From: Deltaproteobacteria bacterium
Lineage (GTDB): Bacteria > Desulfobacterota > DSM-4660 > Desulfatiglandales > HGW-15
Direction of reading: 5' to 3'
Length of the DNA stretch: 64,000 nucleotides
Assembly (NCBI GenBank): GCA_016931115.1
Contig: JAFGFM010000144.1
Location: 303-64,302, forward strand
The stretch's first letter is position 1. Each line of letters begins with the position of its first letter. The notes under the pieces are model-generated. The model was not told the DNA's origin and did no database searches. It worked only from the letters and a program-made list of their open reading frames with translations. The position numbers and the translations under genes are program-made. Below are positions 1 to 11,284 of this stretch, piece by piece.

Positions 1-1808
1 GACGGCTCACAGAGAAAAGAGTAGAGAAAGCAGCTTTAAACAAATCATCACGAACGGTTATAGACGCTGATGCAGCAAATGAAATGGGAACAGCCTGTAC
101 CAGAGGAGGAGACCGTATATTTGCTGCATTGGGTAAAAGCCTTGGGGCCTCCATCCGATTTGAAAGCTGTTATGATGTTCCAAATGGAGGGGTTCTATGT
201 GCCTTGCCACTATTAATAACAAATGGTCTTGTGAGCGGGGTTGAATATCTGCGTGGTAAGGTCAAAGGATACTATAGGGCTTTACCGGTGTTATTGCTTC
301 TGGCATTTATGTCCCTTTGCAGAATCAGGACAGTGGAGAAACTTAGAGGCCGTGCCCCCGGAGAGTTTGGGAAACTAATGGGATTAGACCGGGTTCCCGA
401 GGTAAGATGCCTTAGAAACAAGATGGATGATTTAAGCTCAGATGGAAGCGCTGAACGATGGGCAGCCTTTCTAAGTAAGCAATGGATGATAACTGATCCT
501 GAAGCATGCGGAACACTTTATATTGATGGACATGTTCGTGTTTACAATGGGGGTTTAACAAAACTGCCGCCCAGATATGTATCCCGCCAGAAACTTTGTC
601 TGAGGGCTACGACAGATTATTGGGTAAATGATATAACCGGCAGGCCATTTTTTGTTGTTGAAAAGCCAATAGACCCGGGGTTATTAAAAACCCTGAGAGA
701 TGACATTGTCCCCAGGCTTATAAACGATATACCTTTTCAGCCCACTGACCAGCAACTGATAGACAATCCTTATCTATGCCGGTTTGTCCTGGTGTTTGAC
801 CGGGAAGGTTACAGCCCTGCATTTTTTAAAGAGATGTGGAAGAAATATCGTATATCCTGCATCACCTACCATAAGCATCCAAAAGGATCATGGCCTTCAG
901 AATGGTTTAAAAAACAGGAGGTAGTTATGCCTAATGGCGAAAACGTAACTATGAATCTTTGTGAAATGGGAAGCCTGGTCGGGTCAGGTGATAATGCCAC
1001 ATGGATGAGGGAGGTTCGCAAGCTTACAGATTCGGGGCATCAGACAAGCTTAATAAGCACTGCTTTTGATTTGCCTCACACAGAGCTCGCTGTTCGTATG
1101 TTCAGTAGATGGTGTCAGGAAAACTTCTTCAGGTATATGATGGAACACTTTGCCATTGACCTTCTTCAGGAGTATGGCACTGAAAAGATTCCTGACACCG
1201 AAAGGGTTGTTAACCCGTCTTGGAGAGACTATAAAAGGGTACACGACTCGATTCAAAACAAGCTCAAATACCGTCTCGCCTGTTTCGCAGAGATGACAAT
1301 CTTCCCTGAATATGACAATGATTCATTAAAATATCACAGGTGGGAAAAGAAAAAGGGTGACCTCCTGGAGGGAATTAATCAATACAAGCATCATATTGCA
1401 GATATAAAAGAAAAACTCAATAATACTAAAAAACATATCTATCTTATGGAGCTTCCCGAAAAGGATAGATTTAACCGGTTACTCCCAGGGCGTAAGCGTC
1501 TCATGGACACTGTTCGTATGATTGCATACAGGGCAGAGACTGCTATGGTTGGGTTATTGAAACAGGCAGGTTTGGCTTCTCCTTTAGCACGAAAACTGCA
1601 GCAGGATCTCTTTGTTACCGAAGCGGATATATTACCTGACTCAGAGTCAAAACTCCTACGGGTTCGTGTGCATTATGCCTCAAGACCCGCTACTAACCGG
1701 ACCCTATGTGCCCTTTTTGAGCTACTCAATAATGCTGAGATTATCTTTCCAGATACCGATATGAAAATCATTTATGAGCTGGGGGGCTCCCAGCCCCACC
1801 CCAAATAA
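1..1808 (+). mobile_element. Large DDE transposase (IS4/IS1380/IS1634-like superfamily), 5' end outside window
   Basis: Motifs YIDGH, VFDREG and RWCQENFF fit a D-D-E triad with an R-x3-E signature. The frame is open from position 3 (RLTEKRVEKAAL...) to the Met at 84, so the gene starts upstream. Confidence 0.85.
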
Positions 1809-1838
1809 TGGCCAATTCCGCGACTCAAGGTGTCTCTT

Positions 1839-2084
1839 TCACTTCCCGGAGGTAAGGTTTTCTGAAATTTTACTTTTCCTGATTTTTATATATTTCTCCC
1901 TGTTGCAGGCGGATGCCCTATCTGAATATTCCTCTGAATATACCAGCTTCCATGGCCGTTTTGTTTTTGTATATAGAGACCGGCCCTGATTATGCCTTTC
2001 CAATCGGTCTTCAATATTACGTGTTGAGCCCACATAATAGGTACCATCAAGTTCTGACTGAAGTATGTAAACATAGTAGGGCAC
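1839..2084 (-). CDS. Small stand-alone GIY-YIG nuclease (UPF0213-like); C-terminus probably replaced by IS end
   Basis: YYVYILQS..TYYVGST..RLERHN..YTK..PWKLVYSE..A..RE..IK pattern; GTG start. Confidence 0.88.
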   Translation of the reverse strand: MPYYVYILQSELDGTYYVGSTRNIEDRLERHNQGRSLYTKTKRPWKLVYSEEYSDRASACNREKYIKIRKSKISENLTSGK

Positions 2085-2115
2085 GCTTGAATACCTTCTA
2101 CTGGATTTGAGAAAA

Positions 2116-2151
2116 GAAAAAAGCCTGTTTCATTTGAAACAGGCTTTTTTC
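2116..2151. terminator. Bidirectional intrinsic terminator after tRNA-Asp
   Basis: GAAAAAAGCCTGTTTC-ATTT-GAAACAGGCTTTTTTC perfect hairpin with A and T tails. Confidence 0.85.
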
Positions 2152-2158
2152 TATATGG

Positions 2159-2235
<77 letters not shown>

Positions 2236-2267
2236 GCAATACACTAATCTAAACAATCTTTGTCGCA

Positions 2268-2316
2268 GCGACCTTCCCGCTGCAAGCGGGGCGTTCTAAC
2301 CAACTGAACTACGCCC
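2268..2316 (-). repeat. Partial tRNA-Asp copy with substituted anticodon arm
   Basis: 2290-2316 identical to 2207-2233 (27 nt); anticodon arm replaced by CCCGC-TGCAA-GCGGG; no T arm or 3' acceptor. Confidence 0.85.
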
Positions 2317-2386
2317 GCGTACTCCTAATTTTCAAGGAGACTTGATACCCTTTTTAAAAGGCTTAATCAAGCTTTTTTTAAAAAGG

Positions 2387-2462
2387 TGGTGGGCGGAACA
2401 GGGATCGAACCTGCGACATTCGGCTTGTAAGGCCGACGCTCTCCCAGCTGAGCTATCCGCCC
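2387..2462 (-). tRNA. tRNA-Val (TAC)
   Basis: Reverse complement GGGCGGATAGCTCAGCTGGGAGAGCGTCGGCCTTACAAGCCGAATGTCGCAGGTTCGATCCCTGTTCCGCCCACCA. Confidence 0.97.
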
Positions 2463-2518
2463 ACTTTTTTATTACTCTACCTTGTTAAGGTCTTTTTCTA
2501 TTTTGAAAGAACTAATTA

Positions 2519-2571
2519 CTGCGATATCCCCGCTTACAAGCGGGACGCTCTCCTGACCTGTCTATCCGGCC
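2519..2571 (-). repeat. Degenerate partial tRNA-Val copy with substituted anticodon arm
   Basis: CTGCGA..GACGCTCTCC..CTATCCG match 2411-2462; anticodon arm replaced by CCCGC-TTACAA-GCGGG. Confidence 0.75.
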
Positions 2572-2615
2572 GGGAAAGCCGCTTTTCTCTCATATGACCA
2601 CCTTATTGTCAAGTA

Positions 2616-5045
2616 TTAATGTGCAGTTACCTCATTATTTTGTGGCGGTTTTATATCCATACACGCCTCAATATTGAAGGGCACACATTCATCTTCAGGG
2701 GCAAAAAGCTCTTCACCCTCTTTAAGTATAAGTGCCTCTTTCAAAACCTGATCCATATGCTCAACAGGTATTATCTCTATCTTTTTCAATATCCTTTCCG
2801 GGATCTCCTCAAGATCTTTCAGGTTTTCCATGGGTATTAATACCTTGGTTATATTACCCCTGTGAGCGGCAAGTATCTTTTCCTTGAGCCCGCCAATAGG
2901 AAGTACCCTTCCCCTGAGGGTTATTTCACCAGTCATTGCAACCTTGTGATTTACCGGTCTGCCTGTAAGGGCAGAGATAATCGTGGTTGCAAGGGCGATA
3001 CCTGCGGATGGACCATCCTTCGGGGTTGCCCCTTCAGGCACATGTATATGTATATCCACCTTTTCATAAAAGAGGTCAGGCAGTTTAAGCTGCCTTGCTC
3101 TAGTCCTCACATAGCTCATGGCCGCCTGGGCAGATTCCTGCATTACATCACCGAGCTTCCCGGTAAGCTTTAACGCCCCTTTACCTGGCATGATGGCTGC
3201 CTCTGTCTGGAGCAGTTCGCCACCCACCTCGGTCCAGGCAAGTCCTGTTGTAACACCTACAGCATCCTGCTCTTCAGAGCTGCCAAAACGGTACTTAATA
3301 ACACCCAGATACTTGTTCAGGGATGTAGCAGAGATAGTTATCTTTGTCTTTTTACCCTTTTTGACAACCTCCTTTGCCACCTTGCGGCATATGGAGGATA
3401 TCTCTCTTTCAAGGTTCCTGACACCCGCCTCCCTTGTATAGTTCCTGATTATATTCAATATGGCCTGGTCTGAGATAATGATATTTTTATCAGTAAGGCC
3501 ATTCAGCTCTATCTGTTTTTTTACAAGGAACTGTTTTGCAATATTCAGCTTTTCCAGTTCAGTATAACCGGCAAGCCTGATTATCTCCATCCTGTCCTGT
3601 AAGGGCAGCGGGATATTGTACAGGGTATTTGCCGTTGTAATAAAAAGTACATTTGACAGATCATAATCAAGGTCAAGATAATGATCATTAAATGCATAGT
3701 TCTGTTCAGGGTCAAGCACCTCCAATAGTGCAGCGGATGGATCACCCCTGAAGTCAGTGCTCATCTTGTCTACCTCATCAAGACAGAATACAGGGTTGCT
3801 CGACTTGGCCTTTTTCAGGTACTGAATTATCCTGCCAGGGAGCGCACCGATATAGGTACGCCTGTGACCCCGTATCTCAGCCTCGTCCCTGACACCGCCA
3901 AGGGATAGCCTTACAAAATTTCTGCCCATTGCCCTTGCAACCGATTTAGCAAGGGATGTCTTACCAACACCGGGTGGCCCGGCAAGGCAGAGTATAGGAC
4001 CCTTGATCTTTTTTGTAAGGTTCTGGACAGCCAGGTACTCTAAAATCCTTTCCTTTGGTTTTTGAAGACCATAATGATCATCATCCAAAATATCCTTTGC
4101 CTCATCTATATCCATTTTATCCCTGGTGTATTCGCCCCAGGGCAGGCCTATAATCCAGTCTATATAGTTTCTTACAACCGTGGCCTCTGCTGACATGGGA
4201 GACATCATCTTGAGCTTGTTATACTCCTGCCAGACCTTGATCTTTGCCTCCTTTGTAAGCCTTTTCTTTTTAATCTTTTTCTCAAGCTGCTCCAGTTCAG
4301 CCTTAAAATCATCCTTTGTGCCCATCTCCTTCTGGATAGCACGCATCTGCTCATTGAGGTAGTAATCCTTCTGGGTCTTTTCCATCTGCTTCTTGACCCG
4401 CCTCTTAAGCCTCGTTTCAATGGAGAGGATCTTTATCTCACTTACAAGCTTTTTGAAAAGGGTCTCAAGCCTCTCTTCAACATCTATCCTTGAAAGAAGC
4501 TCCTGCTTATCTGCAACATTTAGCCCCAGATGGGATGTTATCGTATCAGCAAGCCTTGAGGGGTCACTGATGGTAGATATGGTATTTGCCAGGTCTTTAC
4601 CGATCTTTTTATTGAGTTTTGCATACTCGTCAAAGCTCTCTATGATAGACCTGATCAGTGCCTGCACCTTGGCCGAGTCCACAAACCTGTCGTTGACCGT
4701 GATAACCTCAACCATGAAGAAGTCAGGATTATCCAGAAAGGTCTCTATCCTGGCCCGCTTTTTACCCTCGATAAGCACCTTTACAGTGCCATCAGGGAGT
4801 GTAAGTTTCTGAAGGACAGTGCCCAGTGTGCCGAATGTATAGATATCATTCTCTACCGGGTTATCTATTGTGGCATCCTTCTGGGCCGCAAGGAAAATCT
4901 CCTTGTCATTACTCATGGCATAATCAATGGCCCTTATAGACCTTTCCCTTGCAACAAACAGATGAACCACCCTGTTGGGGAATACCACCATATCCTTTAG
5001 AGGCAAAAGAGGATGCCGGATATTGTCTTCAGTAAAAAACTGCAT
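2616..5045 (-). CDS. lon: Lon protease (endopeptidase La)
   Basis: LON N-domain, Walker A GPPGVGKT, catalytic KDGPSAG and GGLKEK. Start at 5045 preferred; ORF track gives 5072. Confidence 0.97.
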   Translation of the reverse strand: MQFFTEDNIRHPLLPLKDMVVFPNRVVHLFVARERSIRAIDYAMSNDKEIFLAAQKDATIDNPVENDIYTFGTLGTVLQKLTLPDGTVKVLIEGKKRARIETFLDNPDFFMVEVITVNDRFVDSAKVQALIRSIIESFDEYAKLNKKIGKDLANTISTISDPSRLADTITSHLGLNVADKQELLSRIDVEERLETLFKKLVSEIKILSIETRLKRRVKKQMEKTQKDYYLNEQMRAIQKEMGTKDDFKAELEQLEKKIKKKRLTKEAKIKVWQEYNKLKMMSPMSAEATVVRNYIDWIIGLPWGEYTRDKMDIDEAKDILDDDHYGLQKPKERILEYLAVQNLTKKIKGPILCLAGPPGVGKTSLAKSVARAMGRNFVRLSLGGVRDEAEIRGHRRTYIGALPGRIIQYLKKAKSSNPVFCLDEVDKMSTDFRGDPSAALLEVLDPEQNYAFNDHYLDLDYDLSNVLFITTANTLYNIPLPLQDRMEIIRLAGYTELEKLNIAKQFLVKKQIELNGLTDKNIIISDQAILNIIRNYTREAGVRNLEREISSICRKVAKEVVKKGKKTKITISATSLNKYLGVIKYRFGSSEEQDAVGVTTGLAWTEVGGELLQTEAAIMPGKGALKLTGKLGDVMQESAQAAMSYVRTRARQLKLPDLFYEKVDIHIHVPEGATPKDGPSAGIALATTIISALTGRPVNHKVAMTGEITLRGRVLPIGGLKEKILAAHRGNITKVLIPMENLKDLEEIPERILKKIEIIPVEHMDQVLKEALILKEGEELFAPEDECVPFNIEACMDIKPPQNNEVTAH

Positions 5046-5075
5046 TTGATCTTTCTTGATAGAATTATACATAGT

Positions 5076-6326
5076 TTATGCGTAACCTGCCTTATTTTCA
5101 TATACCAAAAGAGGTTCGGTTCCTTTTGTTATAACACTCTCTTCTATCACACATTCTCTCACACCGGGCATGCTCGGGATGTCATACATGATATCAAGCA
5201 TTACAGTTTCCAGTATGGCCCTCAAGCCCCTTGCCCCTGACTTGCGTTTTATTGCATCCTTTGCAATGGCCTTGTATGCCTTTTCTTCAAACTTGAGCTC
5301 AACCCCCTCAAGCTCAAATAGTTTTTTGTACTGCTTAACAAGGGCATTTTTAGGCTCTGTGAGTATGCGTACAAGGGCCTCTTCACTCAGGTTGTTAAGC
5401 GTGGCGATTATGGGTATGCGGCCTATAAACTCAGGGATAAGACCGAATTTGATAAGGTCTTCAGGCTGCACAAAGGAGGTAATGTCTTCAGCCTTTGATT
5501 TTTCATTTGAGTCAACATTGGCCTCAAAGCCCATAGATTTGCTGCCAATCCGGTTTCTGATGATCCTATCCAGGCCGGTAAAGGTGCCTCCGCATATAAA
5601 CAGGATGTTTGAGGTGTCTACCTTTAAGAAATCCTGCTGGGGATGCTTTCTTCCGCCCTTTGGCGGAATGCTGGCCATAGTCCCCTCTATTATCTTTAAC
5701 AGAGCCTGCTGAACACCCTCACCTGACACATCCCTGGTTATTGAGGGGCTGTCAGACTTCCTGGCGATCTTATCAATCTCATCTATGTATACTATCCCCT
5801 TACAGGCGCTTTCCACATCGTAATCGGCTGTCTGCACAAGGTTAAGTATGATGTTTTCAACATCCTCACCTACATACCCGGCCTCAGTAAGGGTTGTTGC
5901 ATCCGCTATTGTGAATGGCACCTTTAATATCCTTGCAAGGGTCTGGGCAAGCAGTGTCTTACCTGAGCCGGTTGGCCCTATAAGGAGGATGTTGCTCTTC
6001 TGGATCTCTACCTCATCCATCTTGACATTTGTATGAATCCTTTTGTAATGATTGTGAACAGCAACAGAAAGTACCTTTTTTGGCTTTTCCTGCTCTACGA
6101 CATAATCGTCAAGGGCTGCCTTTATCTGGTAGGGCTTTGGAAGGTCCAGGTCTGCTTCCTTTTCATTTCCATACTCCTCTGCAATTATTTCGGTGCAGAG
6201 CTGTACACACTCATCACATATGTAAACCGATGATGAGGCGGTTATGAGTTTTTTTACCTCATCTTCACTCTTGCCGCAAAAGGAGCAGTGCAGATCACTG
6301 CCTGAATTATCTTTTTTTTGCATCAC
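5076..6326 (-). CDS. clpX: ATP-dependent Clp protease ATPase subunit ClpX
   Basis: CSFC..CDEC zinc finger, [19 protein letters not shown]. Confidence 0.98.
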   Translation of the reverse strand: MMQKKDNSGSDLHCSFCGKSEDEVKKLITASSSVYICDECVQLCTEIIAEEYGNEKEADLDLPKPYQIKAALDDYVVEQEKPKKVLSVAVHNHYKRIHTNVKMDEVEIQKSNILLIGPTGSGKTLLAQTLARILKVPFTIADATTLTEAGYVGEDVENIILNLVQTADYDVESACKGIVYIDEIDKIARKSDSPSITRDVSGEGVQQALLKIIEGTMASIPPKGGRKHPQQDFLKVDTSNILFICGGTFTGLDRIIRNRIGSKSMGFEANVDSNEKSKAEDITSFVQPEDLIKFGLIPEFIGRIPIIATLNNLSEEALVRILTEPKNALVKQYKKLFELEGVELKFEEKAYKAIAKDAIKRKSGARGLRAILETVMLDIMYDIPSMPGVRECVIEESVITKGTEPLLVYENKAGYA

Positions 6327-6333
6327 ACAACCT

Positions 6334-6939
6334 CTACTTTTCTTTTTTTTCTTCTTTTACTTCTCTTGATTTTATTACCCTGTCAATTATCCCATATTTC
6401 ATCGCCTGCGCGGCGTCCATAAAATAGTCCCTTTCAGTATCTTCCCTGATCTTTTCTATAGACTGCCCTGTATGCTCAACAAGGATGTTATGGATGGTCT
6501 TTTTTACCTTCAAGATCTCTTTTGCCTGTATCTCAATGTCAGTTGCCTGACCCTGTGCCCCTCCCAGGGGTTGATGGATCATAATCCTTGAGTTGGGAAG
6601 TGCGAGCCTTTTCCCCTTTGCCCCTGCTGCAAGCAGGAGCGCACCCATACTGGATGCCTGCCCCATGCACAGGGTGGAGACATCGGGCTTAATATACTGC
6701 ATGGTATCATAAATGGCTAAGCCAGCGGTCACTGAACCGCCCGGGGAATTGATATACATGGTTATGGATTTTTCAGTATCTTCAGATTCCAGAAACAGAA
6801 GCTGGGCAATTACAGTATTGGCCATATTGTCCTCAACCTGTTCACCTATAAAGATAATACGCTCCTTCAGGAGGCGTGAGTATATGTCATATGACCTTTC
6901 ACCGCGATTCGTCTGTTCAACTACAATTGGTATCAGCAT
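6334..6939 (-). CDS. clpP: Clp protease proteolytic subunit
   Basis: [29 protein letters not shown]. Confidence 0.98.
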   Translation of the reverse strand: MLIPIVVEQTNRGERSYDIYSRLLKERIIFIGEQVEDNMANTVIAQLLFLESEDTEKSITMYINSPGGSVTAGLAIYDTMQYIKPDVSTLCMGQASSMGALLLAAGAKGKRLALPNSRIMIHQPLGGAQGQATDIEIQAKEILKVKKTIHNILVEHTGQSIEKIREDTERDYFMDAAQAMKYGIIDRVIKSREVKEEKKEK

Positions 6940-7022
6940 ATCCTGTTCTCTTTCATTAAATAAATCATTATAAACTTTAGCTTAATCATCGCTGCTTTAA
7001 CACGGGTAACCCGCTAATCTTC

Positions 7023-8339
7023 TTAATCTTTTTCAGCATTTTTAACCGGTTCGACCTCGGTAACGCTAGCATTTTCAACCAGATATTTCAAGGTCTTTTC
7101 CTTTAATAGGGATTGCTTCAACCCCTCCATATAGTCGTTTGCCTCATAAAATTTGCGCAGCTCCTCTGAAGGGTGACCTGATTCCTTTGCCATCTCCTCA
7201 AAGCTGTCAGAAAGCTCCTTTTCCTCAACCTCAAATTTTTCAAGGCTTGCGATCTTGCCCAGGATAAGAGATGCCTTAATATTTCTCTCTGCAATGGGCC
7301 TGAATTCTGTCTTCATCCTGTCATAACTCAGCCCTAACTTTTCAATAGAAGCTCCCGAACGCATGAAATTATTCTTCATGTTTTCAATGGATGCCTCGAT
7401 CTCGTTTTCTACCAGGCTTTCAGGGAGGTCAAAGGTAACTTTGTCCGATATAGCGGTTACAATTTTATTCCTGAGGTCTGACTCTATCCTCTTTTCTTCA
7501 CGGGAGGTTAGATCCGTCTTTATCCTCTCCCTGAGCGCATCAACCGTATCAAATTCAAGTCCGAGCCCCTTAACAAAGGCATCATCAAGGGCAGGAAGCT
7601 CTATGCTCTTTATATCTGTTACCTCAACGGTGAATCTGATTGTCTTACCCTTGAGCTTTGGGTTGATATAGTCATCCTTGAAATTTGTGGTGAATTCCTT
7701 TTTATCCCCTTTCTTGAGCCCTATAAGCTCATCTTCAAAGCCAGGATAAAAACTGGCCCCGCCAATGTACAGGGAGTAGTTTTCAGCCTTCATTCCGTCA
7801 ACCGCCACATCTCCTTCAAAACCCTGGTAGCTGATTACCGCATAGTCTTCCTTTTGTATGCCCCTCTCTTCGGTTAAGGGAGTAAGCTTGCCATGCGCCT
7901 TTAATATAGCCTTTACCTGGTTCTCCACATCATCATCGTTTACAATTAATTTATCCTTTTCTACCTTTACACCAAGATAGTCCGTAAGCTCAAACTCAGG
8001 CTTCACCTCTATGATCGCTGCATATTTGTAATCCTGGCCCTTCTTTATAATTTCATCGTTTTCTAAAACAGGCATGCTCAATGGGTATACCTCTGTTTCA
8101 TGGATGGCCTTTGCCAAGGTCTCACGTACAATATCACTGGCGGCATCCTCAAGCACCTGGTCTCCATAGTATTTTTCAACCATTTTCATTGGGACCTTGC
8201 CGGGCCTGAAACCCTTGATCTTTGCTTTTTTAGCGTATTTTTTGAACACGCTATCTATCTTTTGGTCAACATCCTTTGCCTCTATCTCAACCAGGATTTT
8301 CTTTTTTACAGAACTGATTTCTTCAACTGTAGTTTTCAT
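7023..8339 (-). CDS. tig: Trigger factor
   Basis: GFRPGKVP ribosome-binding signature, FKBP-like middle domain, position upstream of clpP. Confidence 0.96.
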   Translation of the reverse strand: MKTTVEEISSVKKKILVEIEAKDVDQKIDSVFKKYAKKAKIKGFRPGKVPMKMVEKYYGDQVLEDAASDIVRETLAKAIHETEVYPLSMPVLENDEIIKKGQDYKYAAIIEVKPEFELTDYLGVKVEKDKLIVNDDDVENQVKAILKAHGKLTPLTEERGIQKEDYAVISYQGFEGDVAVDGMKAENYSLYIGGASFYPGFEDELIGLKKGDKKEFTTNFKDDYINPKLKGKTIRFTVEVTDIKSIELPALDDAFVKGLGLEFDTVDALRERIKTDLTSREEKRIESDLRNKIVTAISDKVTFDLPESLVENEIEASIENMKNNFMRSGASIEKLGLSYDRMKTEFRPIAERNIKASLILGKIASLEKFEVEEKELSDSFEEMAKESGHPSEELRKFYEANDYMEGLKQSLLKEKTLKYLVENASVTEVEPVKNAEKD

Positions 8340-8704
8340 AGAATACCTTTATAATAAGTTGTTATCACCGATTTAACTTCCCCTGCCCGCATCATAATCA
8401 GCCTTTTTTTCCAGTGTTCAGTCTCATTTGAATCCATCAGTTTTGATAAAGGAAAATGTGTCTGAATTCTGACATCTGAAAGCCGTCTTTTTAACCTGAA
8501 CCAGCTTTTTCCGGATGGAAACAAAAATGGAAAAACAGAAGTAATGTAATACCGGAACCAGTTAATTTAATAATTACCTTCAGGTAACCCTGTTATTTCA
8601 AAAAACAAACAGGTCAAAAGCTAATTATAATTTACCTAATATCAAGCTGGATAAGGAAAATAATAAATGGCTTCAAGACTGTCAATAACAATTATATATA
8701 TGTT

Positions 8705-8720
8705 AGCATAAACCATGCCA
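8705..8720 (-). promoter_or_regulatory. Possible sigma-54 promoter facing tig
   Basis: TGGCAT-GGTTT-ATGCT on the minus strand; GG-N10-GC spacing kept, deviates from TGGCAC-N5-TTGCW. Confidence 0.35.
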
Positions 8721-8808
8721 TTTATAAGGTATGCCAGGGGTGGAAAACCTGTAAAAACAGAAGGCTCAAGGGGCTGTTTTACATCGTCATCATGACGATC
8801 ATCAAGGA

Positions 8809-10284
8809 TTATAAAAGGGGTGGAATACCAGATAGCCCTGATATTACTGGTTTTTTGGGCAGGGATACGGTAAAGACCATATCCTTTTCCTCCTGGGCAT
8901 ATGACAGAAGACCCCCTATATCCTTTAAAAGCCTGTATGAAAGGGGCAGGCTGAAATCCCTTTCGCTGCTGTTAAATGGAAGAAAAAACATATCAGGGTC
9001 TTCTACCTTTGTATTGGAGACACTGTTTTTGAATTCTATATGACAGTTATTATCACTTTCATATGTTTTTATTGTAACTTCATTGCCATTATTATTCTCT
9101 TTTCCTGATGCCCTGAGCAGCTCTGCAAATGTCCCTATAATAATATCCCTGTCTGTCTTTACAGGTGCAATGGTGCTGTCAAGGTCAAGATTGATATTCA
9201 CCTTTTTGGGGGCTGTTTCCGAGAGATACCTTTCAACACAGAAGGAGATGAGGTTGTTTATTTGGCACTCTTCATAATTCACCTCAACAGGCTTCAGGTA
9301 TTCTGCTATCCGTTTAAGGATACTTTCAAGACGTTTTGATTCCTTTAGTATGATGTCGCCTTCAGGCAGGTCAGGGAACCTTTTTCTGAGACGCCTTGCA
9401 AAACCGCCAATGGAGACAAGGGGGTTTCTTATGCCGTGTGCAACCTCTGCGGATATGGAGCTGAGCAGCTTTAGTTTTTCCTTCTGTATGATCTCCTTTT
9501 CAAGAACAACACGATCTGAAATATCCACGATCATGCCTTTTATGGTATTTGAAGTACCTCCCCCCATGGGTTTTGCCCCTGTTATGGAGCCAATCATGAC
9601 ATTAATAAGGCGTCCACCCCTGTGGATCATGCGGCACTCTTCGGAAAACCTAAAGTTCTGGGACTGAAAGGCCCTGTTAAAGGTCTCCCTTATACGCGGG
9701 CGGTCATCAGGGTGTATCCTTTCCATAAGCCACCCCGGCCCTGTTGATGCCTCTTCAGCAGAAAAGCCAAGCATGGGTTCACATGCCCTGTTTATAAATT
9801 CCAGCTCAAGATCCTCTCTGACAACAAAGACCAGGCAGGGGATATTCTGGACAAGATTGAAGTATCTCTGTTCGGCTATCTTTACCTGCTCTTTTAACAG
9901 CATACGCTCCTGAAAACGCTTTATGCAAAGATTAAGCTCGCTAATACCAAAGGGCTTTCTCAGGTAATCATATGCCCCGACCTTTATTGCCTGGATGGCA
10001 TTATCAAATGTACCGAAGCCTGTAATAAAGACCACCTCAAGGCTGGGATTATCCTTTTTCAGGTTTGAGGCAAGCTCAATGCCGCCCATAACCGGCATGT
10101 TTATGTCGATAAATGCGATATGAAAGGGCTCTTTTTTAATGAGTTCAAGTGCCTCACCGGGGAGCGTGCATATTACAGGGTTATGACCTTCACGACTTAC
10201 GGTATCGGCAATGAGTTCGCCAATGGCCGGGTCGTCATCAACAATCATTATCTTTATCACAGGGAGATCAACCGCATAAGACAT
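8809..10284 (-). CDS. REC-PAS-HisKA signalling protein with degenerate HATPase domain
   Basis: IVDDD/DINMP/KPF receiver, IHPDDR PAS, AHGIRNPL H-box; N and G boxes not recognisable. Confidence 0.85.
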   Translation of the reverse strand: MSYAVDLPVIKIMIVDDDPAIGELIADTVSREGHNPVICTLPGEALELIKKEPFHIAFIDINMPVMGGIELASNLKKDNPSLEVVFITGFGTFDNAIQAIKVGAYDYLRKPFGISELNLCIKRFQERMLLKEQVKIAEQRYFNLVQNIPCLVFVVREDLELEFINRACEPMLGFSAEEASTGPGWLMERIHPDDRPRIRETFNRAFQSQNFRFSEECRMIHRGGRLINVMIGSITGAKPMGGGTSNTIKGMIVDISDRVVLEKEIIQKEKLKLLSSISAEVAHGIRNPLVSIGGFARRLRKRFPDLPEGDIILKESKRLESILKRIAEYLKPVEVNYEECQINNLISFCVERYLSETAPKKVNINLDLDSTIAPVKTDRDIIIGTFAELLRASGKENNNGNEVTIKTYESDNNCHIEFKNSVSNTKVEDPDMFFLPFNSSERDFSLPLSYRLLKDIGGLLSYAQEEKDMVFTVSLPKKPVISGLSGIPPLL

Positions 10285-10289
10285 AATGT

Positions 10290-11135
10290 TTACTCCGATG
10301 ATTCAATGAATTGGATCTGTTTTTGAAGAATATGAGGCCAACTATACCATATAAAAGTGGCTATAGAAACCTGTTTATTGGATAAGAGATTGTCATCATT
10401 GTACCTGTAGCGGGTTGACTGGTTTATGTTGCCAAAAACATCTTTACCAGAATGCATGGTGAGAAAAATCGGGTTTTTAGCAGACTGTGAATGGGCATCC
10501 TTAAGCCACTCATCAACCGGGAGCATGGGGCCTGAGCCCTTTTCACCCCTGTAATGGCACTCTGCACACCCCTGGTTCTCACCCTGACCTTTTGATTGTG
10601 TTGATGGGAGCCACTTATATTCATGGTTATCCAATCTGCTATGTCTTTTAAGATGGATCTTTATCCCGACCTCACCCGGTGTGGCATCAACCGGCCCTCC
10701 GATATAATATCCTTTTGCCCATGCCGTGAGTCTCACAGGTGGTTTTAAATGCTTTGGAACTTCAAGTCGGAATTTACCATCAGGACCTGTTGTAGTGCTG
10801 TATACAGTAGCCTGGATTCTAACCACTGCACCATCCACTATGCCCTGATCATCACAGACGCTTCCTGAGATAACCCTGTTCACATCTATATCCTTTGCGG
10901 TTATGTTTGATATGGGATGAAAGAGAAACAGGTATGAAATAAAAACACCAAACAATAAACCCCATTTGATACTGGTGTGAACAGATCCTGTCGCTGAAGA
11001 ATAAAAACTATGGAGACACAAAGGGGCCTTATTCATTTCATGTTGCTCCTGTAAGCAGCTTCTTGATTGATAAGGGTATATGATATCCAGTATTTTTGCA
11101 GTGGTAAGATTAGCAAAAATGACAGGGATTTCCAA
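10290..11135 (-). pseudogene. Probably truncated secreted cytochrome c with carboxypeptidase-regulatory-like domain
   Basis: ISGSV..GAVVRIQAT..TTTGPDGKFRL domain, one CAECH heme motif, EWLKDAHSQSA, then an unnatural-looking tail; true start uncertain. Confidence 0.55.
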
Positions 11136-11245
11136 TGTCTATTTTAACCCGCCTTTCGCTATTCGGTATGTTTAAAAAATTAAGTGTTTGATAATATGGA
11201 ATATTTTTTAAAAGGTCTTCACTACAGAAGCCTTTAAGGTTGCAG

Positions 11246-11284
11246 GTAGGATGGGTTAAGCGAAGCAACCCATCTTCATGCTAC
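11246..11284 (+). repeat. GTAG-type REP copy 1
   Basis: GTAG-GATGGGTT-AAGCGAAGC-AACCCATC, followed by TTCATG-CTAC. Confidence 0.85.

Noticed and set aside
2268-2571. tRNA fragments as prophage attL/attR or functional tRNAs
   Set aside because: They lack the T arm and 3' acceptor, lie within about 110 nt of the parents, and no integrase is nearby.
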